A stretch of 64,000 bases of DNA, taken from the IMG/VR virus record IMGVR_UViG_3300025699_000004; one strand, written 5' to 3'. This DNA is from a virus. This document shows, one piece after another, positions 9,614-18,537 of this stretch. Position 1 is the stretch's first letter. Each line of letters begins with the position of its first letter. Under the pieces are notes generated by a model. The model made no database searches. It saw only the letters and a program-made list of their open reading frames with translations, and had not been told where the DNA came from. The position numbers and the translations under genes are program-made.

Positions 9614-9642
9614 ATCATAACAAGTTTATTTTATTTTGTCAA
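9614..9642 (-). promoter_or_regulatory. sigma70-type promoter
   Basis: TTGACA-17 nt-TATGAT with TGn. Confidence 0.7.
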
Positions 9643-9905
9643 GAGATTTCTATCGCTTGTTCTTTTTGTATTGCTTTGTATATTTTATATAATAAATCTT
9701 TTTGTGCATTGTATTTTATAAAGTCTGATTCATGCGATACCATTTGCGGATATTCCATTTCTTTATCAACCCTTCTAACTGCACGCAATGCCATTTCAAA
9801 TCCATAGCATATTCCTCTTGAATTCTCATTTCTGAATACTTTTGATTCTTCAGCTAAATCATCATATTCTTTATTTGTCATAGTTATATATTTTTCATTT
9901 TTCAT
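9639..9905 (-). CDS. hypothetical protein
   Basis: 88 aa. Confidence 0.6.
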   Translation of the reverse strand: MKNEKYITMTNKEYDDLAEESKVFRNENSRGICYGFEMALRAVRRVDKEMEYPQMVSHESDFIKYNAQKDLLYKIYKAIQKEQAIEIS

Positions 9906-10155
9906 ATTTATTTAATGTCCCGCTTTTTATATGCAACTCACTCTCGACTTCCTTGGCAACTTTATCTCCAATTGATATTTCGTGATCTTTTGATAGAGAA
10001 TCTAATAATTGAACTAAACTTCTTCCTGTCTTAGTTCTATATTCTTGCCCACTTAAAAATAAATTCTCAGTATTCATAAGCATGAGGTCATCTATTTTAA
10101 CAATGACATGGTTGAACGCATCTGCGCTCCCTCGTAATCCTAATTGTATTTTCAT
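9895..10155 (-). CDS. hypothetical protein
   Basis: 86 aa. Confidence 0.6.
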   Translation of the reverse strand: MKIQLGLRGSADAFNHVIVKIDDLMLMNTENLFLSGQEYRTKTGRSLVQLLDSLSKDHEISIGDKVAKEVESELHIKSGTLNKYEK

Positions 10156-10158
10156 TAT

Positions 10159-10368
10159 TTATTTATCGTGTAATTTTCTTTTCTTAACTATTTTTTCCAT
10201 CGGTGGGAATCTTCCGTAATTACCCATGCCATCATAATCTGCATCGTCTCCAATGCGAAGTGACGTATCTTTATTTAATTCAATTAATTCATCTATTTGT
10301 GCAACAGATAATTTAGGAGTTCTTTCTTTGCGAAGCAAGCGAGTTAATCTTTTTATAAAATTTATCAT
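10159..10368 (-). CDS. hypothetical protein
   Basis: 69 aa; ATG 7 nt below a -10 box. Confidence 0.6.
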   Translation of the reverse strand: MINFIKRLTRLLRKERTPKLSVAQIDELIELNKDTSLRIGDDADYDGMGNYGRFPPMEKIVKKRKLHDK

Positions 10369-10374
10369 TTTTAT

Positions 10375-10403
10375 AGATTAACAAAAAAAGCCCTTTTTGT
10401 CAA
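10375..10403 (-). promoter_or_regulatory. sigma70-type promoter (predicted leaderless)
   Basis: TTGACA-17 nt-TAATCT; ATG at 10368. Confidence 0.65.
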
Positions 10404-10409
10404 GAAGAA

Positions 10410-10649
10410 TTAAAATTTAGACTCAACTTTGTTGAATAACCATTGAAGCAATTCTTTTAAACTTTGATCGTATCTTGTTATGTTACCCCTCTCCTTCCAA
10501 AAGATTAGCTCCGAAAGACAAAAACTAATTTTATTCAAAAGTTCAACTTGATCTTCTTTACTTGGATAATATTCGATAAATTGGTCAGATAATTCCTTTA
10601 TGAGCGAGACTATTTGGTCTTCGTCCCTCGATTCATTTAAGAAAAACAT
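10410..10649 (-). CDS. hypothetical protein
   Basis: 79 aa. Confidence 0.5.
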   Translation of the reverse strand: MFFLNESRDEDQIVSLIKELSDQFIEYYPSKEDQVELLNKISFCLSELIFWKERGNITRYDQSLKELLQWLFNKVESKF

Positions 10650-10699
10650 CTAAAACAAAAATAACAAATAAGAAAACGCAAAAGGAAATGCAAAAATAC

Positions 10700-10957
10700 T
10701 CAATCAGCATTGTTGTAAGGTTCTACATCTCCATTTAAGAGTATCTTTTTGTCTTCATAAGGCGAGACAAGCCTTCTATATAGTTCCATTTTGGCGCAAT
10801 CCATAGCCCCCACTATGTCATTATATGTTTGATAACTGACTCCATTCTGCTCGATATATTTATCCATGAGTTGATGGATTAAAAAATTAAAAGAACCCGC
10901 GTCTTTTATTTCTCCTTCTAGTGATTTTTCTTTTTGTGATCTGGGTATATATGGCAT
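10700..10957 (-). CDS. conserved phage-type hypothetical protein
   Basis: MPYI...FNFLIHQL...YNDIVGAMDCAKMELYRRLVSPYEDKK...NGDV. Confidence 0.7.
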   Translation of the reverse strand: MPYIPRSQKEKSLEGEIKDAGSFNFLIHQLMDKYIEQNGVSYQTYNDIVGAMDCAKMELYRRLVSPYEDKKILLNGDVEPYNNAD

Positions 10958-10964
10958 ATATCTT

Positions 10965-11088
10965 ACCCCTTACTCTCTGTATATTTTTTGATTATAGCGT
11001 TTGCTATATCCTCTCTCGCAGATTGAGATTGTAAATTAATTTGAAGTTCGCTTAACTCCCCTAAAACACTTAATATTATTTCTTTCAT
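10965..11088 (-). CDS. small hypothetical protein (41 aa; below track cut-off)
   Basis: MKEIILSVLGELSELQINLQSQSAREDIANAIIKKYTESKG; fills the gap exactly. Confidence 0.55.
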
Positions 11089-11399
11089 TATTTAGTTTGT
11101 TCGTGATCTAGTGGGTTTATATGATATTGTACAGAACCTTCCGAGTCTCTTACTATACCATTTTCTTTGTCACTTTTTTTTTGAATTTCTTTACCAAGGT
11201 AACTCTCAGTAACTTTCAACCTGTCTTCTCCGTCACAAAGTAAAGATAATGCTTCTTCGGCATTTTTATAAAAATCTTCGGTAGAATGATCTCCGATTCC
11301 TATCGCTTTTTCGCTCAATAAATAAAGCGACATTTTAGCTTTCTCTATATCTGCTTGGGCTGATGATTTCAACATATTGTATAATTTTTCTAAACTCAC
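11088..11399 (-). CDS. conserved phage-type hypothetical protein
   Basis: ADIEKAKMSL...IGIGDHS...EDRL; GTG start with GTGTA motif 9 nt upstream. Confidence 0.65.
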   Translation of the reverse strand: MSLEKLYNMLKSSAQADIEKAKMSLYLLSEKAIGIGDHSTEDFYKNAEEALSLLCDGEDRLKVTESYLGKEIQKKSDKENGIVRDSEGSVQYHINPLDHEQTK

Positions 11400-11408
11400 A
11401 ATGTATTA

Positions 11409-11413
11409 TACAC
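11409..11413 (-). promoter_or_regulatory. GTGTA-class promoter motif
   Basis: ATGTGTATAATACATTGTG. Confidence 0.5.
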
Positions 11414-11427
11414 ATTTTTTAAAAAAA

Positions 11428-11601
11428 TTAAATTTTATCTTTGTTTTTTGAGTCCCAAACCTCGCCTTCTTCATCTAGATCAGAACTAAGCACCATAACT
11501 TTTTTATACAAAGGATAAAGGAAACAAAAGGCATCCCAATAAAGCAAGACGCTAACAAAGTCTCCGATATAATACAAGAGTTTACTTAAAAAAATTTTCA
11601 T
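11428..11601 (-). CDS. small hypothetical protein (57 aa; below track cut-off)
   Basis: MKIFLSKLLYYIGDFVSVLLYWDAFCFLYPLYKKVMVLSSDLDEEGEVW...; abuts upstream stop. Confidence 0.55.
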   Translation of the reverse strand: MKIFLSKLLYYIGDFVSVLLYWDAFCFLYPLYKKVMVLSSDLDEEGEVWDSKNKDKI

Positions 11602-11883
11602 TTATTCCAAATCACTCATGAATTTATTGAAATCAATTTCGTGGGAATCTTCTTTTTCGTCTTCGGATATAGGAGCGAATTTTATCCCCCCAATCTCTAA
11701 CACATCCTCTTTTGATTTAATAGCATCAGATAACATCATTTCCAAATATTTAATTAAATTATCGACACTATCGGATGATAGCTCTGCTTTTTCAGTATGT
11801 GCGCAAATTTCCTTTGCATCATTATATATTACCTCATATAATCCATAAGAATTTTTATCTTTGATTATTCTATAATTCCACAT
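11602..11883 (-). CDS. conserved phage-type hypothetical protein
   Basis: MWNYRIIK...YGLYEVIYN. Confidence 0.65.
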   Translation of the reverse strand: MWNYRIIKDKNSYGLYEVIYNDAKEICAHTEKAELSSDSVDNLIKYLEMMLSDAIKSKEDVLEIGGIKFAPISEDEKEDSHEIDFNKFMSDLE

Positions 11884-11890
11884 TTTATAT

Positions 11891-12079
11891 TTATTTCTTC
11901 ATTGAGTATATTATGGACTGAACCCCTTCGGCATTTTTAGTATGAAGTTGCTCCCCGTTTGTAAAAAGTATTTTCCACCAACGCTCTTTTTTTACGGGAT
12001 CAGTTCTCTCTTTTACATAAACAACATTGCTTGGGTTTATGTAATACCTTTCATTATTTGAGTCTTCTACTTGAATCAT
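11891..12079 (-). CDS. hypothetical protein
   Basis: 62 aa; YYINPSNVVYV. Confidence 0.55.
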   Translation of the reverse strand: MIQVEDSNNERYYINPSNVVYVKERTDPVKKERWWKILFTNGEQLHTKNAEGVQSIIYSMKK

Positions 12080-12194
12080 TTTTTTTCCAAACTATTTTGT
12101 CGTAATTCTCTTTAAATTTATCAGATACATTACGGGGAGAATCACCCTTTCCGTTTTTATTTATTTTTTCTTTCTTTTTTTTTGCCCTTTTCAT
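12054..12194 (-). CDS. small basic hypothetical protein (46 aa)
   Basis: MKRAKKKKEKINKNGKGDSPRNVSDKFKENYDKIVWKK; ATGA-coupled. Confidence 0.5.
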   Translation of the reverse strand: MKRAKKKKEKINKNGKGDSPRNVSDKFKENYDKIVWKKNDSSRRLK

Positions 12195-12430
12195 TCTTGA
12201 AAATCTTCTTCAAAGACGAAGCCTTTTTTGTTTAACAAATCGTTGTCCTCGCAAGAAGCCTCGACAAACCATTGTCCCTCATCTCCATCTTTATTATCTT
12301 TTGATAATAATATGAATTTAGGTTCAGAGATAGGCATTATTTGAATCGTATCCTTGCTATCAATAGGTCTAAACGATACTAAAATATTCTCTTCGTATAA
12401 CTTGGGCGATATTTTTAATTCATTAGTCAT
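12191..12430 (-). CDS. hypothetical protein
   Basis: 79 aa. Confidence 0.55.
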   Translation of the reverse strand: MTNELKISPKLYEENILVSFRPIDSKDTIQIMPISEPKFILLSKDNKDGDEGQWFVEASCEDNDLLNKKGFVFEEDFQE

Positions 12431-12459
12431 CTATTATTATAAATTTTTTTAAAAAAAAA

Positions 12460-12933
12460 TCAATATATATAAAACGCTCCTTCTCTTAAAAAAGCTATAA
12501 ATTCTTTAAGGTAGTCTTTGTTTGCCTTTCCCGAAAAACGAACAACAAGACTAGCTTTTTCTTGATTCCAAATTTTAGCCCTTTCCTTGAAGAACTCATC
12601 GTCAATAGGTATGCTTTCTCTTTTTTCCAACTTCTCATCGGGTATATCGTCCAAAGAAGACTCCAAGGCATTACTGAATGCTTTTGCATCATCAGCTAAA
12701 ACCTTTTGACCGCTATTGCCAAAATATTCTCCACCATAATTTTCTATATAGTCTTCGTAATCTTGATAAGATTCAAATCTATCTTTGTCTATTTGAGTTC
12801 CTTTGGGTTGCCAATCGTATGCTAAAGCTAAATTAATAACTTCTGCCCAACCCCATATATTCCATCTGAAACCCTTGCCTTCTTCGTTTGCTAAATCGTA
12901 ACCCATATCTATAATCTTTCTATCTAGTTCCAA
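12460..12933 (-). CDS. hypothetical protein
   Basis: 157 aa; FRWNIWGW...YGWQP-like pattern. Confidence 0.65.
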   Translation of the reverse strand: MELDRKIIDMGYDLANEEGKGFRWNIWGWAEVINLALAYDWQPKGTQIDKDRFESYQDYEDYIENYGGEYFGNSGQKVLADDAKAFSNALESSLDDIPDEKLEKRESIPIDDEFFKERAKIWNQEKASLVVRFSGKANKDYLKEFIAFLREGAFYIY

Positions 12934-13202
12934 TCAAAATCTACTGACATAGCAAAAGCTAATCTATCTTTCCAAGGATTACCATATTTATCAACTTGAC
13001 TAGGGTCGGTGATTTTTACTATAATATTTGCCCCCCAAGGATTTAATTCTTCTCCATCGGTGGAGTAATCACAATCAATATTCAATGTAGGACTATCTTC
13101 TACATGAGTATCTTCTTTGTAATCAAGAAACCAAACAGGTACAGACACACTCTCTTCGATTAAATCTTCTCTAATTGTTAAATGACTATCTTTCGCGCTC
13201 AT
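12924..13202 (-). CDS. hypothetical protein
   Basis: 92 aa. Confidence 0.6.
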   Translation of the reverse strand: MSAKDSHLTIREDLIEESVSVPVWFLDYKEDTHVEDSPTLNIDCDYSTDGEELNPWGANIIVKITDPSQVDKYGNPWKDRLAFAMSVDFDWN

Positions 13203-13203
13203 A

Positions 13204-13389
13204 TTATTTTTTATTTGTATTGTTTAAACTTAAACCTAGTTCTTCTCTGATATATCTTTTCTTTTCGCCATTTAAAAGCAATTGTTTATTTAATTTAAAT
13301 GCTTCTGTCTTCGTCATTAGAATTGGTCTTTGTGGTAAAATTGGGCTTGCTTTATTCCAATCAACTGCAATGTAAGATATAAAGCTCAT
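13204..13389 (-). CDS. hypothetical protein
   Basis: 61 aa. Confidence 0.55.
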   Translation of the reverse strand: MSFISYIAVDWNKASPILPQRPILMTKTEAFKLNKQLLLNGEKKRYIREELGLSLNNTNKK

Positions 13390-13595
13390 TTAGCGACGTA
13401 TAAGGCTTCGATTTCTTCAAGCTCATCTCCATAAGGGTAAACCCTTACTCTTAACTCATCAGCATCGTCTACGATCTGAAGGGAGAAATCTCCGACTTTA
13501 AGCCAAGCAATATGGCTAGTCATTTCAAAATCTTCCCCTTTATCGTTACTAGGTACAATATTGTACATTTTACTATCTTGCGTATTCACATTCAT
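13386..13595 (-). CDS. hypothetical protein
   Basis: 69 aa. Confidence 0.55.
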   Translation of the reverse strand: MNVNTQDSKMYNIVPSNDKGEDFEMTSHIAWLKVGDFSLQIVDDADELRVRVYPYGDELEEIEALYVAK

Positions 13596-13770
13596 ATCTA
13601 TTCCCCATTAATTGTTTGATCTTATCTTTAACTTGATGCCAAAGCTCTGTTGTCTCACCATCTTTTAACTTTTGTATTCCATAATCATACCAAACTTCGC
13701 AAATTCTGTCAATGTTTTTATCATCGGATTTTACATTATAATGATTCCAAGTGTGTCCTTCTCCGCTCAT
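13573..13770 (-). CDS. hypothetical protein
   Basis: 65 aa. Confidence 0.55.
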   Translation of the reverse strand: MSGEGHTWNHYNVKSDDKNIDRICEVWYDYGIQKLKDGETTELWHQVKDKIKQLMGNRYECEYAR

Positions 13771-14036
13771 AATATAACTACCTTATCAAGGTCTTCGCAC
13801 TCTGTCAACCCAAAATCTGATAATTTTGCAAAAACCTTTTCGTTTTTCCAAGCGAAACCTTTGTAATCTAAGCGAGATTGGTCTGAGAGAGATAATATGC
13901 AATCAGCATCCCAATCAATTTTTTTTGATTTTAATAATGCTAACACCTTTGCCTTTAAATTTTTTGTGTGATCTATAATAAAATAGTCGTCTTCATTAAT
14001 AAATTGCACTTTAGATAATTTGTTTTTTGTTTTCAT
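13767..14036 (-). CDS. hypothetical protein
   Basis: 89 aa. Confidence 0.55.
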   Translation of the reverse strand: MKTKNKLSKVQFINEDDYFIIDHTKNLKAKVLALLKSKKIDWDADCILSLSDQSRLDYKGFAWKNEKVFAKLSDFGLTECEDLDKVVIL

Positions 14037-14629
14037 TTTGATATTTTATGTGTTGATATAGCTATTCCATCTTTGTATTCATGTAAAGAAACTTCTGTGA
14101 AATCTACTTTATTTTGTAATTTTAAATAATTCTTGCCGACCTTTATCCATACATATTTTTTTTGTAATTGGTAGATGTCTCCATGACTTCCCATTTCGAT
14201 TAAATGCGGAACTTTAGACCTCGGAGTAAAACCTCTTGATGGGGAATATTTAAATTTAGGCTTCAAACTATTTACCGCATCTTCATATTTCGGGTGAAAT
14301 GGATTTGGCTTTACGCTTATTCCATGTTTAGAATCAGTATCTACCATGAAACCCTTATTAATTAGATTCTCTATCGTTCCATTTTTTGGAACTATCCACT
14401 TTCCGTTTGATCTGTATGCCGTTGGAGTTTTCTCAGTTATTGTTATTCCTCTTACTGATTTTTTGAAACTTTCAAATTTCAATTTTTGCTCATCAGTCTC
14501 TAACTTAGACTCTATTTTTTTAAGTTTTGAGTCCAACAATAAATCATTAATATCATGATTATTGTTGGCAAGGGATGTCAAAGAAGATAAAGATACAAAA
14601 ATAAATATTGTTTTAAAGTTCATCTTCAA
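14033..14629 (-). CDS. putative exported protein
   Basis: Signal-peptide-like N-terminus MNFKTIFIFVSLSSLTSLA. Confidence 0.6.
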   Translation of the reverse strand: MKMNFKTIFIFVSLSSLTSLANNNHDINDLLLDSKLKKIESKLETDEQKLKFESFKKSVRGITITEKTPTAYRSNGKWIVPKNGTIENLINKGFMVDTDSKHGISVKPNPFHPKYEDAVNSLKPKFKYSPSRGFTPRSKVPHLIEMGSHGDIYQLQKKYVWIKVGKNYLKLQNKVDFTEVSLHEYKDGIAISTHKISK

Positions 14630-15011
14630 CTTCCACCTCTCTATTTCCGTAACTCTTATTGTAACTAAATAAATATTGTTCCCTACCTGTATCTATTTGA
14701 TGATATTCTCTTTCTTCATTAGGTGGATCGACTGCATAGCAAGCGACATCCCATGACCATGTACTAGGGTCAGTATATTCGTACTCTCCCGAACCATCTT
14801 GTTTGAGTCTAGTCCATTCGTCACCACAATGGATATTATAATCTACATAAGTGCCGTCTTCTAGTTCGTAACTATTCCAATAGTCAAAATTATCACCTTC
14901 AGTTTTTACTTCGGGATTAACTTCTACTTTTTTAATATGCTCTAAAGCTAAGTCGATTATTTTTAACGCAACTTCTTTAGGAGCTTTCCATCTTTCGTAT
15001 GTCTCAATCAT
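14613..15011 (-). CDS. hypothetical acidic protein
   Basis: 132 aa. Confidence 0.6.
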   Translation of the reverse strand: MIETYERWKAPKEVALKIIDLALEHIKKVEVNPEVKTEGDNFDYWNSYELEDGTYVDYNIHCGDEWTRLKQDGSGEYEYTDPSTWSWDVACYAVDPPNEEREYHQIDTGREQYLFSYNKSYGNREVEVEDEL

Positions 15012-15223
15012 GATATTTTCTTTTCTTTAATTAATTGTTCAAAAACACTCCACATTCTTTGATAGCGAGTGTCATGCAATTGTTTAATCCCGATCAACAT
15101 ATTTAATAGTTGATCTTCTGTATGCTTAATTGGAGAATCTCCGATTGCATATATTATTGTATCTATATCTTCCCCTATTTGGTGGAGATTACTCATTGCA
15201 TCTTCTAGTTCAAATCTATTCAT
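15008..15223 (-). CDS. hypothetical protein
   Basis: 71 aa; ATG 7 nt below a -10 box. Confidence 0.65.
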   Translation of the reverse strand: MNRFELEDAMSNLHQIGEDIDTIIYAIGDSPIKHTEDQLLNMLIGIKQLHDTRYQRMWSVFEQLIKEKKIS

Positions 15224-15229
15224 GGCTTT

Positions 15230-15258
15230 ACCTTATCATTATGTTTTTTATTTGTCAA
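15230..15258 (-). promoter_or_regulatory. sigma70-type promoter (predicted leaderless)
   Basis: TTGACA-17 nt-TAAGGT with TGn; ATG at 15223. Confidence 0.65.
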
Positions 15259-15263
15259 TAAAA

Positions 15264-16334
15264 TTAATCGCATTCTGAGATTAATTTCTTAATCGCCAAG
15301 TCTTTGGCTTTTACTTCGCACTCCCATTTCGCCTCTTGATCGGGATTTATAGCTATAGTTGGAGGTAGGTTCTTGTAGCTGAAATAATCACCATGAGCGC
15401 GAGGATTGGGGTCGCCGTCATTCTTGCCTTCAGACCAATGAAAGACAGGAGCGATGAAATCTCCTTCTTCTAAAATCTTAGCTTTACTTTTTTGATTTAC
15501 CCAAGTATAAGCACATCTTTCTGCTTGCCATGCAACGTTTAAAACTTCAGATGGATTACAAGTATCATGTAAATTATCGTAACAAACAGGTAAATTGAAT
15601 TTAAATTGTTGAAAGATATAATCACTAAACTTAATTATATTATCGACATTCCATGCTCCACGATCTTCATTTTCTATTGTCAATCTATTATAAACCCCAC
15701 TATCACATTTCATTAAATTGTCATAGAAATTCTCTGCGACTTCAGAAATCTGATAATTTAAAAAAGATTCAGAATCAACGCCCTCTTTAACGTCTTCATG
15801 TTCCGCTCTAGGTAATGGAGCATTGATATGTATATTCATTGGCGCGGTATGATCTTGTGGTAAACCTAGCATATCAAGAACACTAGCTTGAAAATTTAAT
15901 TCTGTTATGGTTCTATCTACCGCGTCTAAGTTTTTAGATGCAAGAACATTAAATTGATCGGGGTGAGAGCCTATTGATATATTGAATTGCCTCGCAATCT
16001 TACCTGCAAAGCATAACTCTTCCTTTATTTGGGTGCAATCGGGCAAATCTTCGATAGAAACCTCTGTAGCATCATCAGTAATAAGAGGAAACAAAGCGGA
16101 GCTAAGGCGATAATGTAAAATATTATTTTCAGAGCAATGGCGAATAATGTAACGAGTAGTGCGAGCATTATGTAAAATCCTTTCTGATAATCTTTCAACA
16201 GCTTCATCCTTACCATCTTTTACACAGATATTATTAAATCCCCTACGAGTCATTGTTCTAAAAGAATATTTAACTTTATCTTTTTCTTTTAGTATCTCAC
16301 TTATACACGTTAATCCCAATATTTTAGTTGTCAT
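15264..16334 (-). CDS. uvsE: UV-damage endonuclease (UvdE/UvsE family)
   Basis: LGLTCIS, YRLSSALFP, HPDQFNVL, NIHI, RLTIENED, DNLHD, HWSE, H-x-DY, ECEVKAKDLA. Confidence 0.9.
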   Translation of the reverse strand: MTTKILGLTCISEILKEKDKVKYSFRTMTRRGFNNICVKDGKDEAVERLSERILHNARTTRYIIRHCSENNILHYRLSSALFPLITDDATEVSIEDLPDCTQIKEELCFAGKIARQFNISIGSHPDQFNVLASKNLDAVDRTITELNFQASVLDMLGLPQDHTAPMNIHINAPLPRAEHEDVKEGVDSESFLNYQISEVAENFYDNLMKCDSGVYNRLTIENEDRGAWNVDNIIKFSDYIFQQFKFNLPVCYDNLHDTCNPSEVLNVAWQAERCAYTWVNQKSKAKILEEGDFIAPVFHWSEGKNDGDPNPRAHGDYFSYKNLPPTIAINPDQEAKWECEVKAKDLAIKKLISECD

Positions 16335-16423
16335 TCTGTTATGTTAGCTTATTTTTTAAAAAATGTCAATTAAAAAGTGTAATTGCATTTTATGTAAGAA
16401 TAATAATATTAATTGCGAAAAAA

Positions 16424-16618
16424 ATGAAAAATGAAAAAATATTTAAATATTTATTCAATCAAATCAAAAAGTCAATGACTTTTTATTGGGTAAATGGGAA
16501 TGAAGAAAAAAGAAAAATGAGGATAGCCGAATACTGCTCAAATAAGATTGATAATCTTACTGAGGAAGAATACCTCGAAATTAAAAAAAAAGCTGATGAA
16601 GATTCACCAAATTCTTAA
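16424..16618 (+). CDS. hypothetical protein (counter-oriented)
   Basis: MKNEKIFKYLFNQ...; GTGTA motif at 16377-16381 upstream; track start 16328 likely over-extended. Confidence 0.5.
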   Translation: MKNEKIFKYLFNQIKKSMTFYWVNGNEEKRKMRIAEYCSNKIDNLTEEEYLEIKKKADEDSPNS

Positions 16619-16936
16619 TTTAAGCATTAAAATATCGAAAAACATTCTAATGTCACATATTTTCGCCTTGATGGTTGTTTTTCCACCATCCTTATAGCCA
16701 TCCCAAGCTAAAGGATTATTCTTTTCAAATAAGAAATGACCCGACCATGCGAAAGGGTATACTACAAATGGAATAATTGGAATTAATATCCAAAATGAAT
16801 TTTTTATTACAAAACAAATGAAAAAAATTGTAGCTATCTGACCTAAGAAGTGAAAAAGTCTACATTTTGGATTCTGATGTAAACTTAAATAATACTGATA
16901 ATACTCATTATTTGGAAAATATTTTTTAAAAATCAT
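16604..16936 (-). CDS. DUF962/Mpo1-like membrane protein
   Basis: YYLSLHQNPKCRLFHFLG, TM helices, YPFAWSGHFLFEKNNP. Confidence 0.8.
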   Translation of the reverse strand: MIFKKYFPNNEYYQYYLSLHQNPKCRLFHFLGQIATIFFICFVIKNSFWILIPIIPFVVYPFAWSGHFLFEKNNPLAWDGYKDGGKTTIKAKICDIRMFFDILMLKLRIW

Positions 16937-16946
16937 AATTTATTTA

Positions 16947-17432
16947 TTACACTTGGTTTTTATATCTTACCATTAATAAGTCAATGGGACTATTTGTAAA
17001 AATATCATGTATCATAGTATTTATTATTCTTATACTGCCCCCCGCTAAACCACAAGATATTCCGTAAGGTAAACCAAAAATTATTTCATCTCCACTATTT
17101 TTTTTAAAAACTAAATCTTTTTCTACTTGTGATAGCGATAAGTAAAATGCTTCGTAATTAACTTCTCTGCCGTTCCCTACTTTTTCTTGTGTGTAAAGGT
17201 TATATATGCCTTTTTGACATTCTCCATTGTCAGCCCAACCAAAAGACCAACTGCCTAAGATATTTTCCCCTCTTTTATTTGCTATGCAGTCGGCTTTCCA
17301 AGCCAACGGGTAACGATCTTTTATCTGTTTAGCGATTCCTGCTCCCATCATGTTTAATGTATTACAAGAATGGGCGATTGTGTTGATTCTATTTGGGAAA
17401 TCAAGAAGATTGCCATCTATCATGTTTATCAT
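16947..17432 (-). CDS. macrodomain protein (ADP-ribose binding/hydrolase)
   Basis: IDGNLLD, IAHSCN...MGAGIAKQIK..YP, NLYTQ, GISCGLAGG. Confidence 0.85.
   Translation of the reverse strand: MINMIDGNLLDFPNRINTIAHSCNTLNMMGAGIAKQIKDRYPLAWKADCIANKRGENILGSWSFGWADNGECQKGIYNLYTQEKVGNGREVNYEAFYLSLSQVEKDLVFKKNSGDEIIFGLPYGISCGLAGGSIRIINTMIHDIFTNSPIDLLMVRYKNQV
16948..16952 (-). promoter_or_regulatory. GTGTA-class promoter motif
   Basis: AAGTGTAATAAATAAATTATG. Confidence 0.5.
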
Positions 17433-17438
17433 AAAAAT

Positions 17439-17467
17439 ATATTAGAGAAAAAATGCATAAGAGTCAA
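17439..17467 (-). promoter_or_regulatory. sigma70-type promoter (predicted leaderless)
   Basis: TTGACT-17 nt-TAATAT; ATG at 17432. Confidence 0.65.
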
Positions 17468-18537
17468 GAAGATTCTTCCTTCATCTTTGATGTCTTTTTC
17501 AAAATCCCTTTTTTATATAAATGAGTTTCCTTAGCTCTTATAGAACTAATAGGCTTTCTTAATTTTTTAGCTATTTCTTTACCTGGAACACCTTTATTTG
17601 AAAGATTTATTAATAATTCTTCATCTTTTTTAGAGAAGGGGAATTTTTGTTTTGGAGGCTTTTTCTTCAAAAGAAATCCTAGCTTTAACCAACGGGATTG
17701 ATTGATTATTTGATACTCTGTGAATTTTCCTTTAAAAAATTTTTTACTAACATATTCAGCCGTAAAAGATAAAGGGTTGCTTATTAATAACAAAGTTAAT
17801 TCGGTTTTATCTTTGTTATTAAAATAAATGTGACCACTTGGTTCAAAGAAATCATTTATAGCTTTATTGCCTTCCGATATTTTTTCAAAAAAATCATCAT
17901 TTAATATTTTACTATTCATGCCATCTTTTAAAGAACCTATAGATTTAGTTTTTGCGACTATTTTTTGAAAACTTAAATCAATAGCTTGTCTTGTAACCCC
18001 AAATTCTTTAGCTATATTTTTTTGCTTTTCTCCTGACTGAAGCTTTAAGAAAATTTTTAACTCGTTTTTAGTTAATTTAGACTTTATTTCGTTTAAAATA
18101 TATTCATACTTATTTCCAATATTTATACTTTCAACACTAGGTTCAACCCCGCTTTGCTCAAGAGCTAAATCTAAAGAAGTCTTCTCTCCGTCCTCAGTAA
18201 AGTATACATTATCAGACCTCTTTGAAACCCATTTTCCAGATTTTTTTTCCGAGCAAGTTAAGCTTGAATATTTCCATTTAATTAAATTCCTACAATAAAT
18301 AAAAGCAGTATGCTTAAACGAATCATATTTAAAATCTTTACCTATATAGTTAATTATTTTCTCTTTGCTTTTGATTAAATACAAATTAACTTCAGATAAT
18401 AATTCGTCAGAATCTAAAGGGTGAGACTTGCCTTTATATTTTCCTATTATCTTCACCAAGTCTCCTTGGAAAGACTCTAAGAAATTATCAAATAATTTTA
18501 ATCTTTTGCGGTCTACTATATTTTGTTGGATATTCAT
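17464..18537 (-). CDS. sigma-factor-like protein A with extra C-terminal HTH
   Basis: Region-2-like DLVKIIGKY...DELLSEVNLYLIK; region-4 HTH LTKNELKIF...QKNIAKEFGVTRQAI; second HTH GKEIAKKLRKPISSI; paralogue of 20014-20868. Confidence 0.6.
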   Translation of the reverse strand: MNIQQNIVDRKRLKLFDNFLESFQGDLVKIIGKYKGKSHPLDSDELLSEVNLYLIKSKEKIINYIGKDFKYDSFKHTAFIYCRNLIKWKYSSLTCSEKKSGKWVSKRSDNVYFTEDGEKTSLDLALEQSGVEPSVESINIGNKYEYILNEIKSKLTKNELKIFLKLQSGEKQKNIAKEFGVTRQAIDLSFQKIVAKTKSIGSLKDGMNSKILNDDFFEKISEGNKAINDFFEPSGHIYFNNKDKTELTLLLISNPLSFTAEYVSKKFFKGKFTEYQIINQSRWLKLGFLLKKKPPKQKFPFSKKDEELLINLSNKGVPGKEIAKKLRKPISSIRAKETHLYKKGILKKTSKMKEESS

